Below are positions 20,123-29,743 of a stretch of 64,000 nt of DNA, in pieces. Position 1 is the stretch's first letter; each line of letters opens with the position of its first letter. The position numbers were made by a program, and so were the translations under genes. Below the pieces are notes generated by a model, which did no database searches, was not told where the DNA came from, and saw only the letters and a program-made list of their open reading frames with translations. Location of the stretch: positions 1,086,361 to 1,150,360 of the forward strand of contig JBFWOS010000001.1 of the NCBI GenBank assembly GCA_050250375.1. Reading direction: 5' to 3'. This stretch comes from Candidatus Omnitrophota bacterium (GTDB lineage Bacteria; Omnitrophota; Gorgyraeia; Zapsychrales; Zapsychraceae).

Positions 20123-21245
20123 CGTTAATAACCTCTTTCGGAATTTGTTCAACGGGCATCGGTTTGATCCCTTCGGATGAATAGATATGTTTATTTATTT
20201 CAATAATTTTCTTGTCCCAGGCAGCACGGCATGATTTTTTCTGGTTTCCATCACAAACAATCTCATTTTTCATCATACGGTTCCATACCGTGTTCAACTT
20301 TTCCTTGTTGAGATTTCCATAAGAAATCGGCATCAACCCGCAAGGCTGCACTTCCGCATAAGGGCTGATCAAAATTTTCTCAGTTCCGCACGGACAAAAT
20401 TCATTCGTGTAATTGGTGCTGCCGGCCCAGCGGGTATGTGTTTGTTTCCGGATTTCCTGATAAACATTCCATTCTTCCGCATTCAATTCACTGTCTTGTT
20501 GTTTCGACCAGCCGCCGACCCGGGCGGAACAATTCACGTTTATCTTTAAATCAAGATCTTTAGCCAGCTGAACGGCCTGCCAAATCTCGCCGTTCGCAAT
20601 GTTTTTCTTGGTCATAATTGTGCTCAGAATGACCTTAATCCCGGCTTTTTTAAGCAAGGCAATCCCGTTGATTGCCCGCTCATAACACCCTTTTAATTTT
20701 CTAATTTCATCGATCTCATCGGGATTTATCGCCCCGCCCAAGTCAACCTGAATGACGTCCAGCCCGGATTTTTTAAGCTTTGTAACAACGTCTTGGGACA
20801 ATAAATACCCGTTGGTTGACATACCCGCAATCCCATGATTTTTTTTCACACACCGGATGGCGTCATAAATGTGCTTATAAACGAGCGGCTCGCCCCCCAA
20901 AAAGTTAAAAACAACGGCCCCCATTTGAGCCGCCTGTTCAATATAAGACTTTATTTCATCAATACCCATCGGTCTTTGGTGCTGCCGGCTCTCCCGCCCC
21001 TGCGCATTCCGCATGTCAACGGTGGCATCAATACAGCAATGCTCACATTTTGCGTTGCAGGCGGCTGTTATAGAAATATCAACGGCCCGGATAACTCTTT
21101 GCTTGAGGACAAAAATCTTGTAATAATTCTTGATCAAGCGGAATATTAGAAATGGATTTTTTACAATAAAACCAAGATAAAATTTGTAACTCTTAAGTTT
21201 TGTCTTGAAGGCTGATACTTTGGGCTGGTCTTTAACACTGTTCAT
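20088..21245 (-). CDS. Radical SAM protein with twitch/SPASM domain (paralog of 19067-20122)
   Basis: CNAKCEHC, GGEPL, STNG, CPCG...AEVQPC. Confidence 0.88.
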   Translation of the reverse strand: MNSVKDQPKVSAFKTKLKSYKFYLGFIVKNPFLIFRLIKNYYKIFVLKQRVIRAVDISITAACNAKCEHCCIDATVDMRNAQGRESRQHQRPMGIDEIKSYIEQAAQMGAVVFNFLGGEPLVYKHIYDAIRCVKKNHGIAGMSTNGYLLSQDVVTKLKKSGLDVIQVDLGGAINPDEIDEIRKLKGCYERAINGIALLKKAGIKVILSTIMTKKNIANGEIWQAVQLAKDLDLKINVNCSARVGGWSKQQDSELNAEEWNVYQEIRKQTHTRWAGSTNYTNEFCPCGTEKILISPYAEVQPCGLMPISYGNLNKEKLNTVWNRMMKNEIVCDGNQKKSCRAAWDKKIIEINKHIYSSEGIKPMPVEQIPKEVINGEQVQKHSKAQ

Positions 21246-21485
21246 CGTGCCTCCGGGTTTGATAGGTAGTATAAAAAAACTGACTTTACGTGCCTGTATG
21301 TCCAGTAGACTATTCTATAATTATGATTTTTATAATAGTTATATAAAGTATACCCTTCGAGGTATTCAAAAACAAGCAAAAAATCTCTGGAACTTTTGTC
21401 TGTTTTTATAAAATTGGAAACCTTATTTGAATCTTAACCGCATGCCAATAAATGAGATTTGACTTGTTTGGTCCTGATTGATTAA

Positions 21486-22856
21486 TTAGAGTTTATTTAA
21501 GATCGTTTCTGCGATATTACGGGCTAATATTCCGTTTCCTTTTGGGGTGCAATGCCCGAAATCCCCGGCAAAATTATCAATAAAGATAGCATCATAACCC
21601 TCTTTTTGGACAGCGGCATTAAACACCATTTCATTATCGACAAAAATTATGTTGTTGTCGTGACCAACCAGAGTCTTTAATACGGCGACCTCCCGCCTAG
21701 GATACTGAACCAGAACTAATTTAAGATGGTTTTTGAAGACTTTTTCTTTAAGGATTTTATAATTATGTTTTGTAACAGGATTAAAGGAGCCCGCTTTCGC
21801 CTGCTTAGATTTTATCAAATACTCATTGGCCAACCGTAGATTATCTTGTGTCTCATAAAAGAGTTTCAAGGCTTTGTAAGAATCATGGGTTTCTTGCCTT
21901 TTGGCGCTGTTGGTAAATAACATTTCCGCTTTCTGGGTATCCCCGTCTTTTAAATAGCTCCACCCCAAAGACATGTCAATGTCATTATTGTCGTTGTCTA
22001 ATGATTTAGCCTGAACCAGTACATTAATCGCATCTTTCCACTGTTGATGAATGATATATATCTGGCCTAAGGTAATATACAAGTTCGAATTATTCGGATC
22101 CTTGCTTATCCCTTCTTTCATGACGATTTCAGATTCATTCAGTTTTCCGGCTAAGGCTAAGCATAGACCTAAATTAACATACGTATCTGCATCCCCCGGA
22201 AAATCTTTGAGAGTCTGCCGAAACAATTTCTCCGCATCATTAAATTTTCCTTCAGCAATCATCCCCCAGCCTGTTTCGAAATGAGGGCCATAACCTTCGG
22301 ATACATCCTCAATAATTCTCCGGTAAATAAATTCCAGTTCCTTGGATAAATTCCGGCCGCGGTTCTTGTTTATTTTATTTTGAACGGACAAATACAATAA
22401 ATGGAATAATTTATAAACCCTTAAATCTTTCGCCGCACCTTTGAAATACACTCCGATGTCATTCTTAAATTCAACGCGATCATCGGCAAAATCATTTATC
22501 CCCATCATAACGATAACCATGTCCGGTTTATAACTATTAAGGTACTCGTCCAATTTTGTCAGGATATAAGATGTTGTAATTCCCGGAATACCTTTGTTAA
22601 TCGTTCGGAATTGGATATCCGGTCTTTTCTCATTCAGAATTTTTTCGAGCTGTTTCGGATAGGAAAATTCTCCCCCCAAAGCTGTTGACGATTCCCCCAA
22701 ACATAAAATTTTATATGTACCCCCCTCACTCAGATTTTTCTTATTCTGAAGATCCTGGGAAAAAATGTATACAACTCCTCCCAAACGTAAACCGACCTCA
22801 AGCAGCACGAATAAAAATATCAGACTGCCGACAATCAACAGAAATTTTTGTCTCAT
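21486..22856 (-). CDS. Membrane-anchored SGNH/GDSL protein with TPR insert (paralog of 5682-7058)
   Basis: CLGESST, INKGIPG, MMGIND, TPRs, FIDNFAGDFGHCT; start at MRQKF after GGGAG RBS. Confidence 0.78.
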   Translation of the reverse strand: MRQKFLLIVGSLIFLFVLLEVGLRLGGVVYIFSQDLQNKKNLSEGGTYKILCLGESSTALGGEFSYPKQLEKILNEKRPDIQFRTINKGIPGITTSYILTKLDEYLNSYKPDMVIVMMGINDFADDRVEFKNDIGVYFKGAAKDLRVYKLFHLLYLSVQNKINKNRGRNLSKELEFIYRRIIEDVSEGYGPHFETGWGMIAEGKFNDAEKLFRQTLKDFPGDADTYVNLGLCLALAGKLNESEIVMKEGISKDPNNSNLYITLGQIYIIHQQWKDAINVLVQAKSLDNDNNDIDMSLGWSYLKDGDTQKAEMLFTNSAKRQETHDSYKALKLFYETQDNLRLANEYLIKSKQAKAGSFNPVTKHNYKILKEKVFKNHLKLVLVQYPRREVAVLKTLVGHDNNIIFVDNEMVFNAAVQKEGYDAIFIDNFAGDFGHCTPKGNGILARNIAETILNKL

Positions 22857-22860
22857 GTCT

Positions 22861-24207
22861 TTACTCCCGTCCCCCGCGGATGACAACCTCGATTAACTCG
22901 GAATTTTCAAGATACCGGGAGGTTTTATTTGTTTGCGGGTCAACCTTTCTTAATTGCGATATCTCTTTGACTATTCCAACTCCCCTGGCAAACCACGCTG
23001 TGCTAGTCGTTATATCGTACGTGCCGTCAGACTCAACCCATTTGTCATAATACTCGACTCTTATGCAACCCATAAATCTTCCGGCCTTGACCGTTACATC
23101 TTCTACGCCGGTAATTTTAAACTCGATTCTTCCTTCCGCAATGACACTTCCTTGTGAAAAGTCATCTGGTCTTGAATATTTCGAAAAAAATGCTTTCAAA
23201 ACATTAAATGACAAATCGGGAAGAATGTTACTCGGAGGGTCATAGATCTCCGAATTCCCTTCGTCAAATTCTTTATATTTTCGAATACCTGTCTCGTCAT
23301 AAGCAAAACACTTATATCCTTCTTGCGAAAAATAGACTTTCCACGTATCCTGCCCTCCAATATTTTCCCTGCCCCGGATTTGAAACTTGCGGATAAAACT
23401 ATTTTGATTCGAATCATCCACCCGGTAAACCCACCTATTCCCTTCATATAGAGGGTAATACTCGCTGGCTTTAAATTCACGTCCGGCATATTCAGAAGTC
23501 TCCTGGTCGTGTTCTTGCACGGAAACCGCAACTAGAGCTCCTGCCAAAACGAAAATCAGGATTGGAATGATTTTTAGCCAATTCATCTTTCTTATTTTTC
23601 GCATGAACAATATTCTTCTTAACGACCGGAGAATAATCAAACCATTAATAGATAAGAAAACCGGGAAATGATTTAGTTCATGATCATAATAGGTTATCCA
23701 GAATCCAAAAAGCAAACAGTTTCCGCCGATCGTATGCAGCAGGGACCACTTTTTTATTCCAAGCTCTTTTTGGGATCTGTCGTTTGACGTCAGCGCCATC
23801 CCCCCGGTAAACACGATGGCAATAACTCCCAGGATGTACTCCGGAATCGTCGTGTCTTTAATAAAAAACGGCGTGTCATAAACCATCTTTAAAAATAATC
23901 CGAAGAAATGGATAAAGAAAAATACGGAAAAAGCGATTCCAAAATATTTGCGTTGACGCAGTATCCAGTGTGTAAATTGATTAGGAAGAAAATAGCAGGC
24001 TGTTGAAGCCCCGAAGCTCAGCATAAACATTATTAACATGCTCTCTCCGGTTATTTTTAAAAACTTGTAGATTGTGTCAAGATTGTATTCGCCGAAAAAA
24101 ATAATGCCCGCGCTAAGCAAGGAAACAAAAATCGGCATAAAAATACTCATCCGGACTAATTTTGTATCGGACCAAACCTTCTTTTCCTGCAGACCATTCT
24201 TTGTCAT
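22861..24207 (-). CDS. MsrQ/ferric-reductase-like membrane domain fused to an extracytoplasmic beta-rich domain
   Basis: RQRKYFGIAF...H, ALTSND, LGIKKWSLLH; then a TM and YYPLYEGNRWVY...VTVKAGRF...WFARGVGIVKE. Confidence 0.6.
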   Translation of the reverse strand: MTKNGLQEKKVWSDTKLVRMSIFMPIFVSLLSAGIIFFGEYNLDTIYKFLKITGESMLIMFMLSFGASTACYFLPNQFTHWILRQRKYFGIAFSVFFFIHFFGLFLKMVYDTPFFIKDTTIPEYILGVIAIVFTGGMALTSNDRSQKELGIKKWSLLHTIGGNCLLFGFWITYYDHELNHFPVFLSINGLIILRSLRRILFMRKIRKMNWLKIIPILIFVLAGALVAVSVQEHDQETSEYAGREFKASEYYPLYEGNRWVYRVDDSNQNSFIRKFQIRGRENIGGQDTWKVYFSQEGYKCFAYDETGIRKYKEFDEGNSEIYDPPSNILPDLSFNVLKAFFSKYSRPDDFSQGSVIAEGRIEFKITGVEDVTVKAGRFMGCIRVEYYDKWVESDGTYDITTSTAWFARGVGIVKEISQLRKVDPQTNKTSRYLENSELIEVVIRGGRE

Positions 24208-24209
24208 TT

Positions 24210-25961
24210 TTACCAGCCGCTGGTGGGATTATAAAAAGAAAAATCGTTGAGCAGCCGCATATCCTGCCAAAAACTGTATATCAAAAACAATCCCACAATT
24301 ATTTTCAGGATTCTTTTAAACATTAACGGTTGCTGTTCAACATAAATCATCATGACAATCAACAACGGTGGAACTATCTGGGTCAAATGGTTCGTCTGTT
24401 TCCAGTCTACAATTGAAAAGAGGATTGCTCCGGAAAAAATCCAGGCGGCAAACAAAGAAACATATCGACCGGGAAATTTTATCAGACAAAAAATAAGAGT
24501 AAATACGGTTATGGGAAGATACGGGAATTCAAATTTAAATTCCAGCCATAGCCGTAAGAACCCGGGATAATCTTCAGCAAACAGGGTATTATGATGGAAG
24601 AGCCGATCAAACAGATGGACTTTCACATGCGATAGAATAAACGCATGATAATCAATCACCATCCCGTATACCCAGAACAGAACCGACCCCAGGGCAAATC
24701 CGATCGGTATAACTGATCGTTCCTTTAAACTTTTCAAAAACCCTTTCTCTTTCCTCTCTTTACGCGATTGGTACACTTGAATCAAGAACAGGGGCAAGAC
24801 CAAAACAACAATCTTCTGGTTGATCAAACCGGACAGGACTCCGGGAATATATTTCAGAAACTTCAGAGACCATTTTGAATTTTCCCATATCTCCGGACGG
24901 AAATATTGATAGGCCAGCACGACCATTAAACAATTCGTAAACGCCACATGCTCTGATAGACAGGATCTGACAAAGATGGCCGGGGTAAAAATATAGGCAT
25001 ATCCCCCGACAATTCCCAACAACCTGGACTGGGTTAAACCGGTGATCAACTTATACAAAATAAAGAAAACCAGAAGGCTCGCAAAAATATTGGATGCTCT
25101 CGCCGGGAATACATTCGGCCGGGAGAAAAAATGATTTTGGTCTTGCCAATTGATATATTCGATCAATCCCGTTTTTGTATAGGAATAATCAACCAGGTCA
25201 TTCCCGGACAGCTTCTTCAGCGTAAAATATTGCCCGTTAAAATTTCTTAAGTGAACTGTTTCACCCATAAATTCTGCCGTTGCTTCTTCCCCGGGAGACA
25301 ACTTAAGAACCTTTTCAGTCAGCACGGCTGAATCATAAAAATATTTATAATCATCCGTTTTATCCAGAAGAAATATGCTAAACGCGTTAAATAAATTTGT
25401 CATCGGCGGATGGGCAAAATAAAACGCCGACCCGATAAAATCATCACTAGTCAAATACGGTTTTAACTCATGAATCAAGCCATAGGCTGTCCCCTGATGC
25501 TCACCATCGAGGTCCAGTTTTTCCGGGATCGTCTTCATTCCCACAAAAATGCAGCTAAATATACAAACCAACGATAACCATAGGATGAGCGTTTCCTTGT
25601 AATCATAGCGAAACGTCTGAAAAACTTCCGCAGGGCGAGTTAGGATGATGCCGAGATTAACGATCATGCCCGTCAGCAGAAGAAAATGAACCGGCTTAGG
25701 GTTAATTCCGGCCGCCAAAAATCCGATTAGAATTATTGTCAGCACAGAGAAAGAAAAGACAAAAATAAAAAACACCAGAAAAACGCTGTCTTTGACATGT
25801 TTCTTTATCAGTCCGATCCAGGCCAGTCCGGGGACAATGTATATCACGGCGGTAACAACCAACGCTGATAAGAAATCACCCGCCTCTGTGTATAAAATCA
25901 AAATATTACTAAACAGGAACAAGTTACATAACAAGGCAATATGCCGGTTTCTGATAAACAT
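24210..25961 (-). CDS. Polytopic membrane protein, probable GT-C glycosyltransferase
   Basis: Many TM helices; acidic loop DLDGEH followed by FAHPP. Confidence 0.55.
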   Translation of the reverse strand: MFIRNRHIALLCNLFLFSNILILYTEAGDFLSALVVTAVIYIVPGLAWIGLIKKHVKDSVFLVFFIFVFSFSVLTIILIGFLAAGINPKPVHFLLLTGMIVNLGIILTRPAEVFQTFRYDYKETLILWLSLVCIFSCIFVGMKTIPEKLDLDGEHQGTAYGLIHELKPYLTSDDFIGSAFYFAHPPMTNLFNAFSIFLLDKTDDYKYFYDSAVLTEKVLKLSPGEEATAEFMGETVHLRNFNGQYFTLKKLSGNDLVDYSYTKTGLIEYINWQDQNHFFSRPNVFPARASNIFASLLVFFILYKLITGLTQSRLLGIVGGYAYIFTPAIFVRSCLSEHVAFTNCLMVVLAYQYFRPEIWENSKWSLKFLKYIPGVLSGLINQKIVVLVLPLFLIQVYQSRKERKEKGFLKSLKERSVIPIGFALGSVLFWVYGMVIDYHAFILSHVKVHLFDRLFHHNTLFAEDYPGFLRLWLEFKFEFPYLPITVFTLIFCLIKFPGRYVSLFAAWIFSGAILFSIVDWKQTNHLTQIVPPLLIVMMIYVEQQPLMFKRILKIIVGLFLIYSFWQDMRLLNDFSFYNPTSGW

Positions 25962-25965
25962 AAGC

Positions 25966-26742
25966 TTAATAAATTTTCCTGATAATAAGGTTAGTCAAGC
26001 CGGGTGACAACCGGTTTAACAAATATAGCGGTATACACTTTTTTCCGATGACGACCATTTTTTTGTTCTTTTCAATGGCCGTCAGAATGGCCTGTGCAAC
26101 GGTGTCGGCACTGATCCCTGTTCTTTTATGTTGATACGGTTCATCACGGTACAAAACGTTTGGTTCGAATTCCGTTTCAACTTTCCCAGGACAGACCAAA
26201 ATAACCCGGATATTATCTTTCCTTGCATCTTCAGCCAGCGATTCGGTCAATCCGTTGACAGCAAACTTGGAAGACGAATACAATCCGCAATCATAAAATC
26301 CTTTGATTCCCGCCACCGAAGAAACATTCAGGATAACTCCTCCTCTCCGTTTCTTCATATATGGATAAACGGCACGGGTACAATACAATACTCCGTACAA
26401 ATTCGTAGCCAGCATGTCCCGATACAAATCCATCGGGCCCGTGATGATCGACCCCTTAAATCCCACACCGGCATTATTAATCAAGACATCCACTTGTCCG
26501 TATTTCCGGATCACTTGTTCCACCAAGTGCTGAACCTGATCTTCCTTCCCGACATCAGCCGGGATGACCATCGTATCACCACCGGTTAATTTACCTGCGA
26601 CAGCGTCAAGTTTATCTTTTCGGCGGGAAACAAGTACAACCCTGGCGCCTTTCTGGGATAACAACCCTGCACAGCTTTGTCCGATCCCCGAGGATGCACC
26701 TGTCACAATGACCACCTTGTTAGTAAAATCATATTTTTTCAT
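25966..26742 (-). CDS. Short-chain dehydrogenase/reductase
   Basis: TGASSGIG, NNAG, NVSS, YSSSK. Confidence 0.93.
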   Translation of the reverse strand: MKKYDFTNKVVIVTGASSGIGQSCAGLLSQKGARVVLVSRRKDKLDAVAGKLTGGDTMVIPADVGKEDQVQHLVEQVIRKYGQVDVLINNAGVGFKGSIITGPMDLYRDMLATNLYGVLYCTRAVYPYMKKRRGGVILNVSSVAGIKGFYDCGLYSSSKFAVNGLTESLAEDARKDNIRVILVCPGKVETEFEPNVLYRDEPYQHKRTGISADTVAQAILTAIEKNKKMVVIGKKCIPLYLLNRLSPGLTNLIIRKIY

Positions 26743-28055
26743 GAAAACTCCATCGGCTTGTTCATCGCCGGATAACCAAAATATTCTCTTATCACATTTG
26801 CCTGATAATAAATATCTTCATCCGATAAAAACTGTGAACACGGCAGCTCAATGATCTTTTCATCAACCAACTTCATTTGCGGATAACTTTCCTCATCATT
26901 TAAGAGCTCCGCGCAGTTACGCATGGACGATTCTTTCGAATCAATTCCTCTTAACAACAAATGCGTTCGGATCGCTTTTTTAAGAGGAGTAATTATATTA
27001 AACGACAACGCGATATGCTCCCTGTTTTCAACAATCGGTATCAGACCAATCTCTTTAACATCTTTCAGAAGATTTTCTAAAAGTTTTGCTTTAACGACGC
27101 GCCGGTCATTTGTTTCATCCAGCCTGGCCAGTTGGGAAAGCCCAAGTTGGGCTTGAAAGACTGTATACGGACTGATTTTGCTTTTGGAACGCGCATCCGC
27201 CGGGGTATATTTATCGCCTGTCAAGCGTTCAATCGGATCAAACTGAAACAAGTTAGAAAGAACGAGCCAGGGGTAGACAAAGAGCGAAAATAACAGCCGG
27301 TTCGTCAATGTTATCTGAAGTAATGATTTTAGATAATACCGGTAGCTTTTCAGCCGTTTATAGTCTCCGTGTACTCCATCCAGAATCTCTTTAAACTTAA
27401 AGAATCGCTTATTGTCTTTGCAGACGATCATTCCCCCGCCGAGTGTAACCAGACATTTTCCCGTTCCAAAACTGAACATTCCGAAATCCCCGAAACTTCC
27501 AATTTTCCGCCCCCTTTTTTCAGCCCCGCAGGCATGAGCTGCATCTTCAATAAGGATCAAATCATGCTTCATACAAATCGTTTGGATTTCCTGGATTTCA
27601 GCCGCACGGCCGAATAAATGGGTAACAACAATACCCCGGGTTTTAGGAGTGATTTTTTTCTCGATCATTCTGGAATCTATATTCAGAGTCTCCGAGTCGA
27701 TGTCTACAAATACCGGCTTCAACCCCTTACTCTTAAGCATGATCGGCATCACATGATAATTATAGGCCGCGAGAATGATCTCATCTCCCTGACACAGTCC
27801 GAGAGAATCGAGTAAACACGAAAAACCCTCCCGGACAGACGAAACGGCAGATGCATGCGGTACGCCGATATACTCTGCAAACCTTGTCTCGAATTCCAGA
27901 ATCTTGTCCGTTTTGTTCCTTGCTAAAAAAGATCCGCCCACGGATTTCAGATCTGCTTTGGAATAGGACACCAACCGTCTTGGAATGATTTTCAATTTTA
28001 CCCTTGTGTTTGTTTGATTAAATAATTTTTGATTCGATTTGGAAAACTCATTCAA
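26739..28055 (-). CDS. DegT/DnrJ/EryC1/StrS family PLP aminotransferase
   Basis: PVFVDID, VTHLFG, IEDAAHACG, FSFGTGK...GGG. Confidence 0.88.
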   Translation of the reverse strand: MNEFSKSNQKLFNQTNTRVKLKIIPRRLVSYSKADLKSVGGSFLARNKTDKILEFETRFAEYIGVPHASAVSSVREGFSCLLDSLGLCQGDEIILAAYNYHVMPIMLKSKGLKPVFVDIDSETLNIDSRMIEKKITPKTRGIVVTHLFGRAAEIQEIQTICMKHDLILIEDAAHACGAEKRGRKIGSFGDFGMFSFGTGKCLVTLGGGMIVCKDNKRFFKFKEILDGVHGDYKRLKSYRYYLKSLLQITLTNRLLFSLFVYPWLVLSNLFQFDPIERLTGDKYTPADARSKSKISPYTVFQAQLGLSQLARLDETNDRRVVKAKLLENLLKDVKEIGLIPIVENREHIALSFNIITPLKKAIRTHLLLRGIDSKESSMRNCAELLNDEESYPQMKLVDEKIIELPCSQFLSDEDIYYQANVIREYFGYPAMNKPMEFS

Positions 28056-28066
28056 AACTTTTTAAG

Positions 28067-29575
28067 TTATGATCTTACGGGCATCGGACTGACAACACCG
28101 ACAGAATTTTCCATCTTTTCATTCTCTCCATGAATTAAAAACATAATTCCGTCTTTGACAAGCTTTAAACTCCCCGGAGAATTACTCAGATAATATGGCA
28201 GATAGTTATAGAGATGTGAAAACACAAAAGAAGGCCTGAATAATATTTTTTTATAGAATACCCGTTGGATCTTTTTGAGAGCGGATAAATCTATTTGGCT
28301 CAAATTAACAATCGGCTTCAAGTAATGATGCGGAGATTGTAATTCTGAACTTTTGTCTGAATACCGTTTATAATCCACCGATCCGGGATAAAGTGTGAAA
28401 AAATGGACTTTTACCAGATTCGGCTGGATTTCCTGGCATAAGTCTATACTTTGCTGGATATCATGCTCTGATTCCGTTGGGCTCCCGACGATAAACATCG
28501 CGCACGAAGCGATTCCTGCCCGTCTTACATTATCAAACGCTTCCTTGACCTTTTGCCTCCAACCTGCCTGAAAAGAAGCTTTATGCAGCACATTCACGAT
28601 TTTTTGGGAACCCGATTCAATCCCGAACAAGAGCAGTTCGCAACCGGCATTTTTCATCACGGTTAATAATTCGGGAGGAACCTCATCAACGCGCGCATGA
28701 CAGGCCCATTTGATTTTAAGATTACGCCTGACAATCTCTTCACAAATTTTTGTAACATGATCTTTATTAAGTACAAAATCGTCGTCCTCAAAAGAAACCA
28801 CGTTAACGCCTATCCGGGTCAGCCGTTCTATCTCTTCAACCACTTTTTCCGGGCTGCGGGTTCTCAGCTTACGCCCGTAACTCTTTCTTACTGTCGGTGA
28901 ACAAAATGTACAGGCATGCGGACAGCCTCGTGATGTGGAGATGTATCCCGACACCATTTTTTGTGAAACCCGCATGGGATAAATATATGGGTACTTCGTC
29001 AATTCATCTTTACTCCAATCCAGGACCGGCAATTCGTCAATGTCATCTAACTGAATCAATTCATTACTTTTTATCTGGTTATAGTATGCTTTGACTGACT
29101 CAAAATCTTCCGGTGAATTTAAACGGTTAATCAGCGCATTTAATTCGATTTCAAACTCACCCCGGATAATCACGTCAAATAATTCCGGCAGGCTCAAATA
29201 AAACCGGTGTTTTTCAGAGACATCCGACCCGACCGCAACAATCGGCAAAGCCTTCTTTTTCTTAATTTTTCGGCACAATTCGATGGCGGCCTCAGATGAC
29301 GGTGAACCAATGGATACAACTATTAGATCAATTGCCTGCTGTTGAATTTGGTCCATAAGTCCATCAAAAGTCGGAGGATCAACCCAATAATCCAAAAGAG
29401 TAATATTATATTGACCTTGGTCCTGTAAAATCTTCTGAGCATATTTTAAAGGCAGGCAAGGCGCATAATGAACCGGATGCTTAATCTTTTTTCGATGGGA
29501 GTTCCCTGCCCGTATAAGAAGAATATTTTGATATTTTAGGACGGTGTTATTTATTGGTTTCATGTTCGAAATCAT
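28067..29575 (-). CDS. B12-binding radical SAM protein (closest in-window relative of 16224-17627)
   Basis: KIKHPVHYAPCLPLKY; GEFE; TSRGCPHACTFCSP; AGCELLLFGIESGS. Confidence 0.88.
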   Translation of the reverse strand: MISNMKPINNTVLKYQNILLIRAGNSHRKKIKHPVHYAPCLPLKYAQKILQDQGQYNITLLDYWVDPPTFDGLMDQIQQQAIDLIVVSIGSPSSEAAIELCRKIKKKKALPIVAVGSDVSEKHRFYLSLPELFDVIIRGEFEIELNALINRLNSPEDFESVKAYYNQIKSNELIQLDDIDELPVLDWSKDELTKYPYIYPMRVSQKMVSGYISTSRGCPHACTFCSPTVRKSYGRKLRTRSPEKVVEEIERLTRIGVNVVSFEDDDFVLNKDHVTKICEEIVRRNLKIKWACHARVDEVPPELLTVMKNAGCELLLFGIESGSQKIVNVLHKASFQAGWRQKVKEAFDNVRRAGIASCAMFIVGSPTESEHDIQQSIDLCQEIQPNLVKVHFFTLYPGSVDYKRYSDKSSELQSPHHYLKPIVNLSQIDLSALKKIQRVFYKKILFRPSFVFSHLYNYLPYYLSNSPGSLKLVKDGIMFLIHGENEKMENSVGVVSPMPVRS

Positions 29576-29743
29576 TCATAACCCTTTGGAAATGATAAAT
29601 TAAAGACACATACACTATTAGGCGCGGAACAAATAATATTCGCTAAGTCTTTTATTTTGAATACTTTTGCATTTCAATAATAACACATTATCCCGGTTAT
29701 TTCATCAAGATTTTTAGGACGGATGGTCCTTTCCACAAATCAA

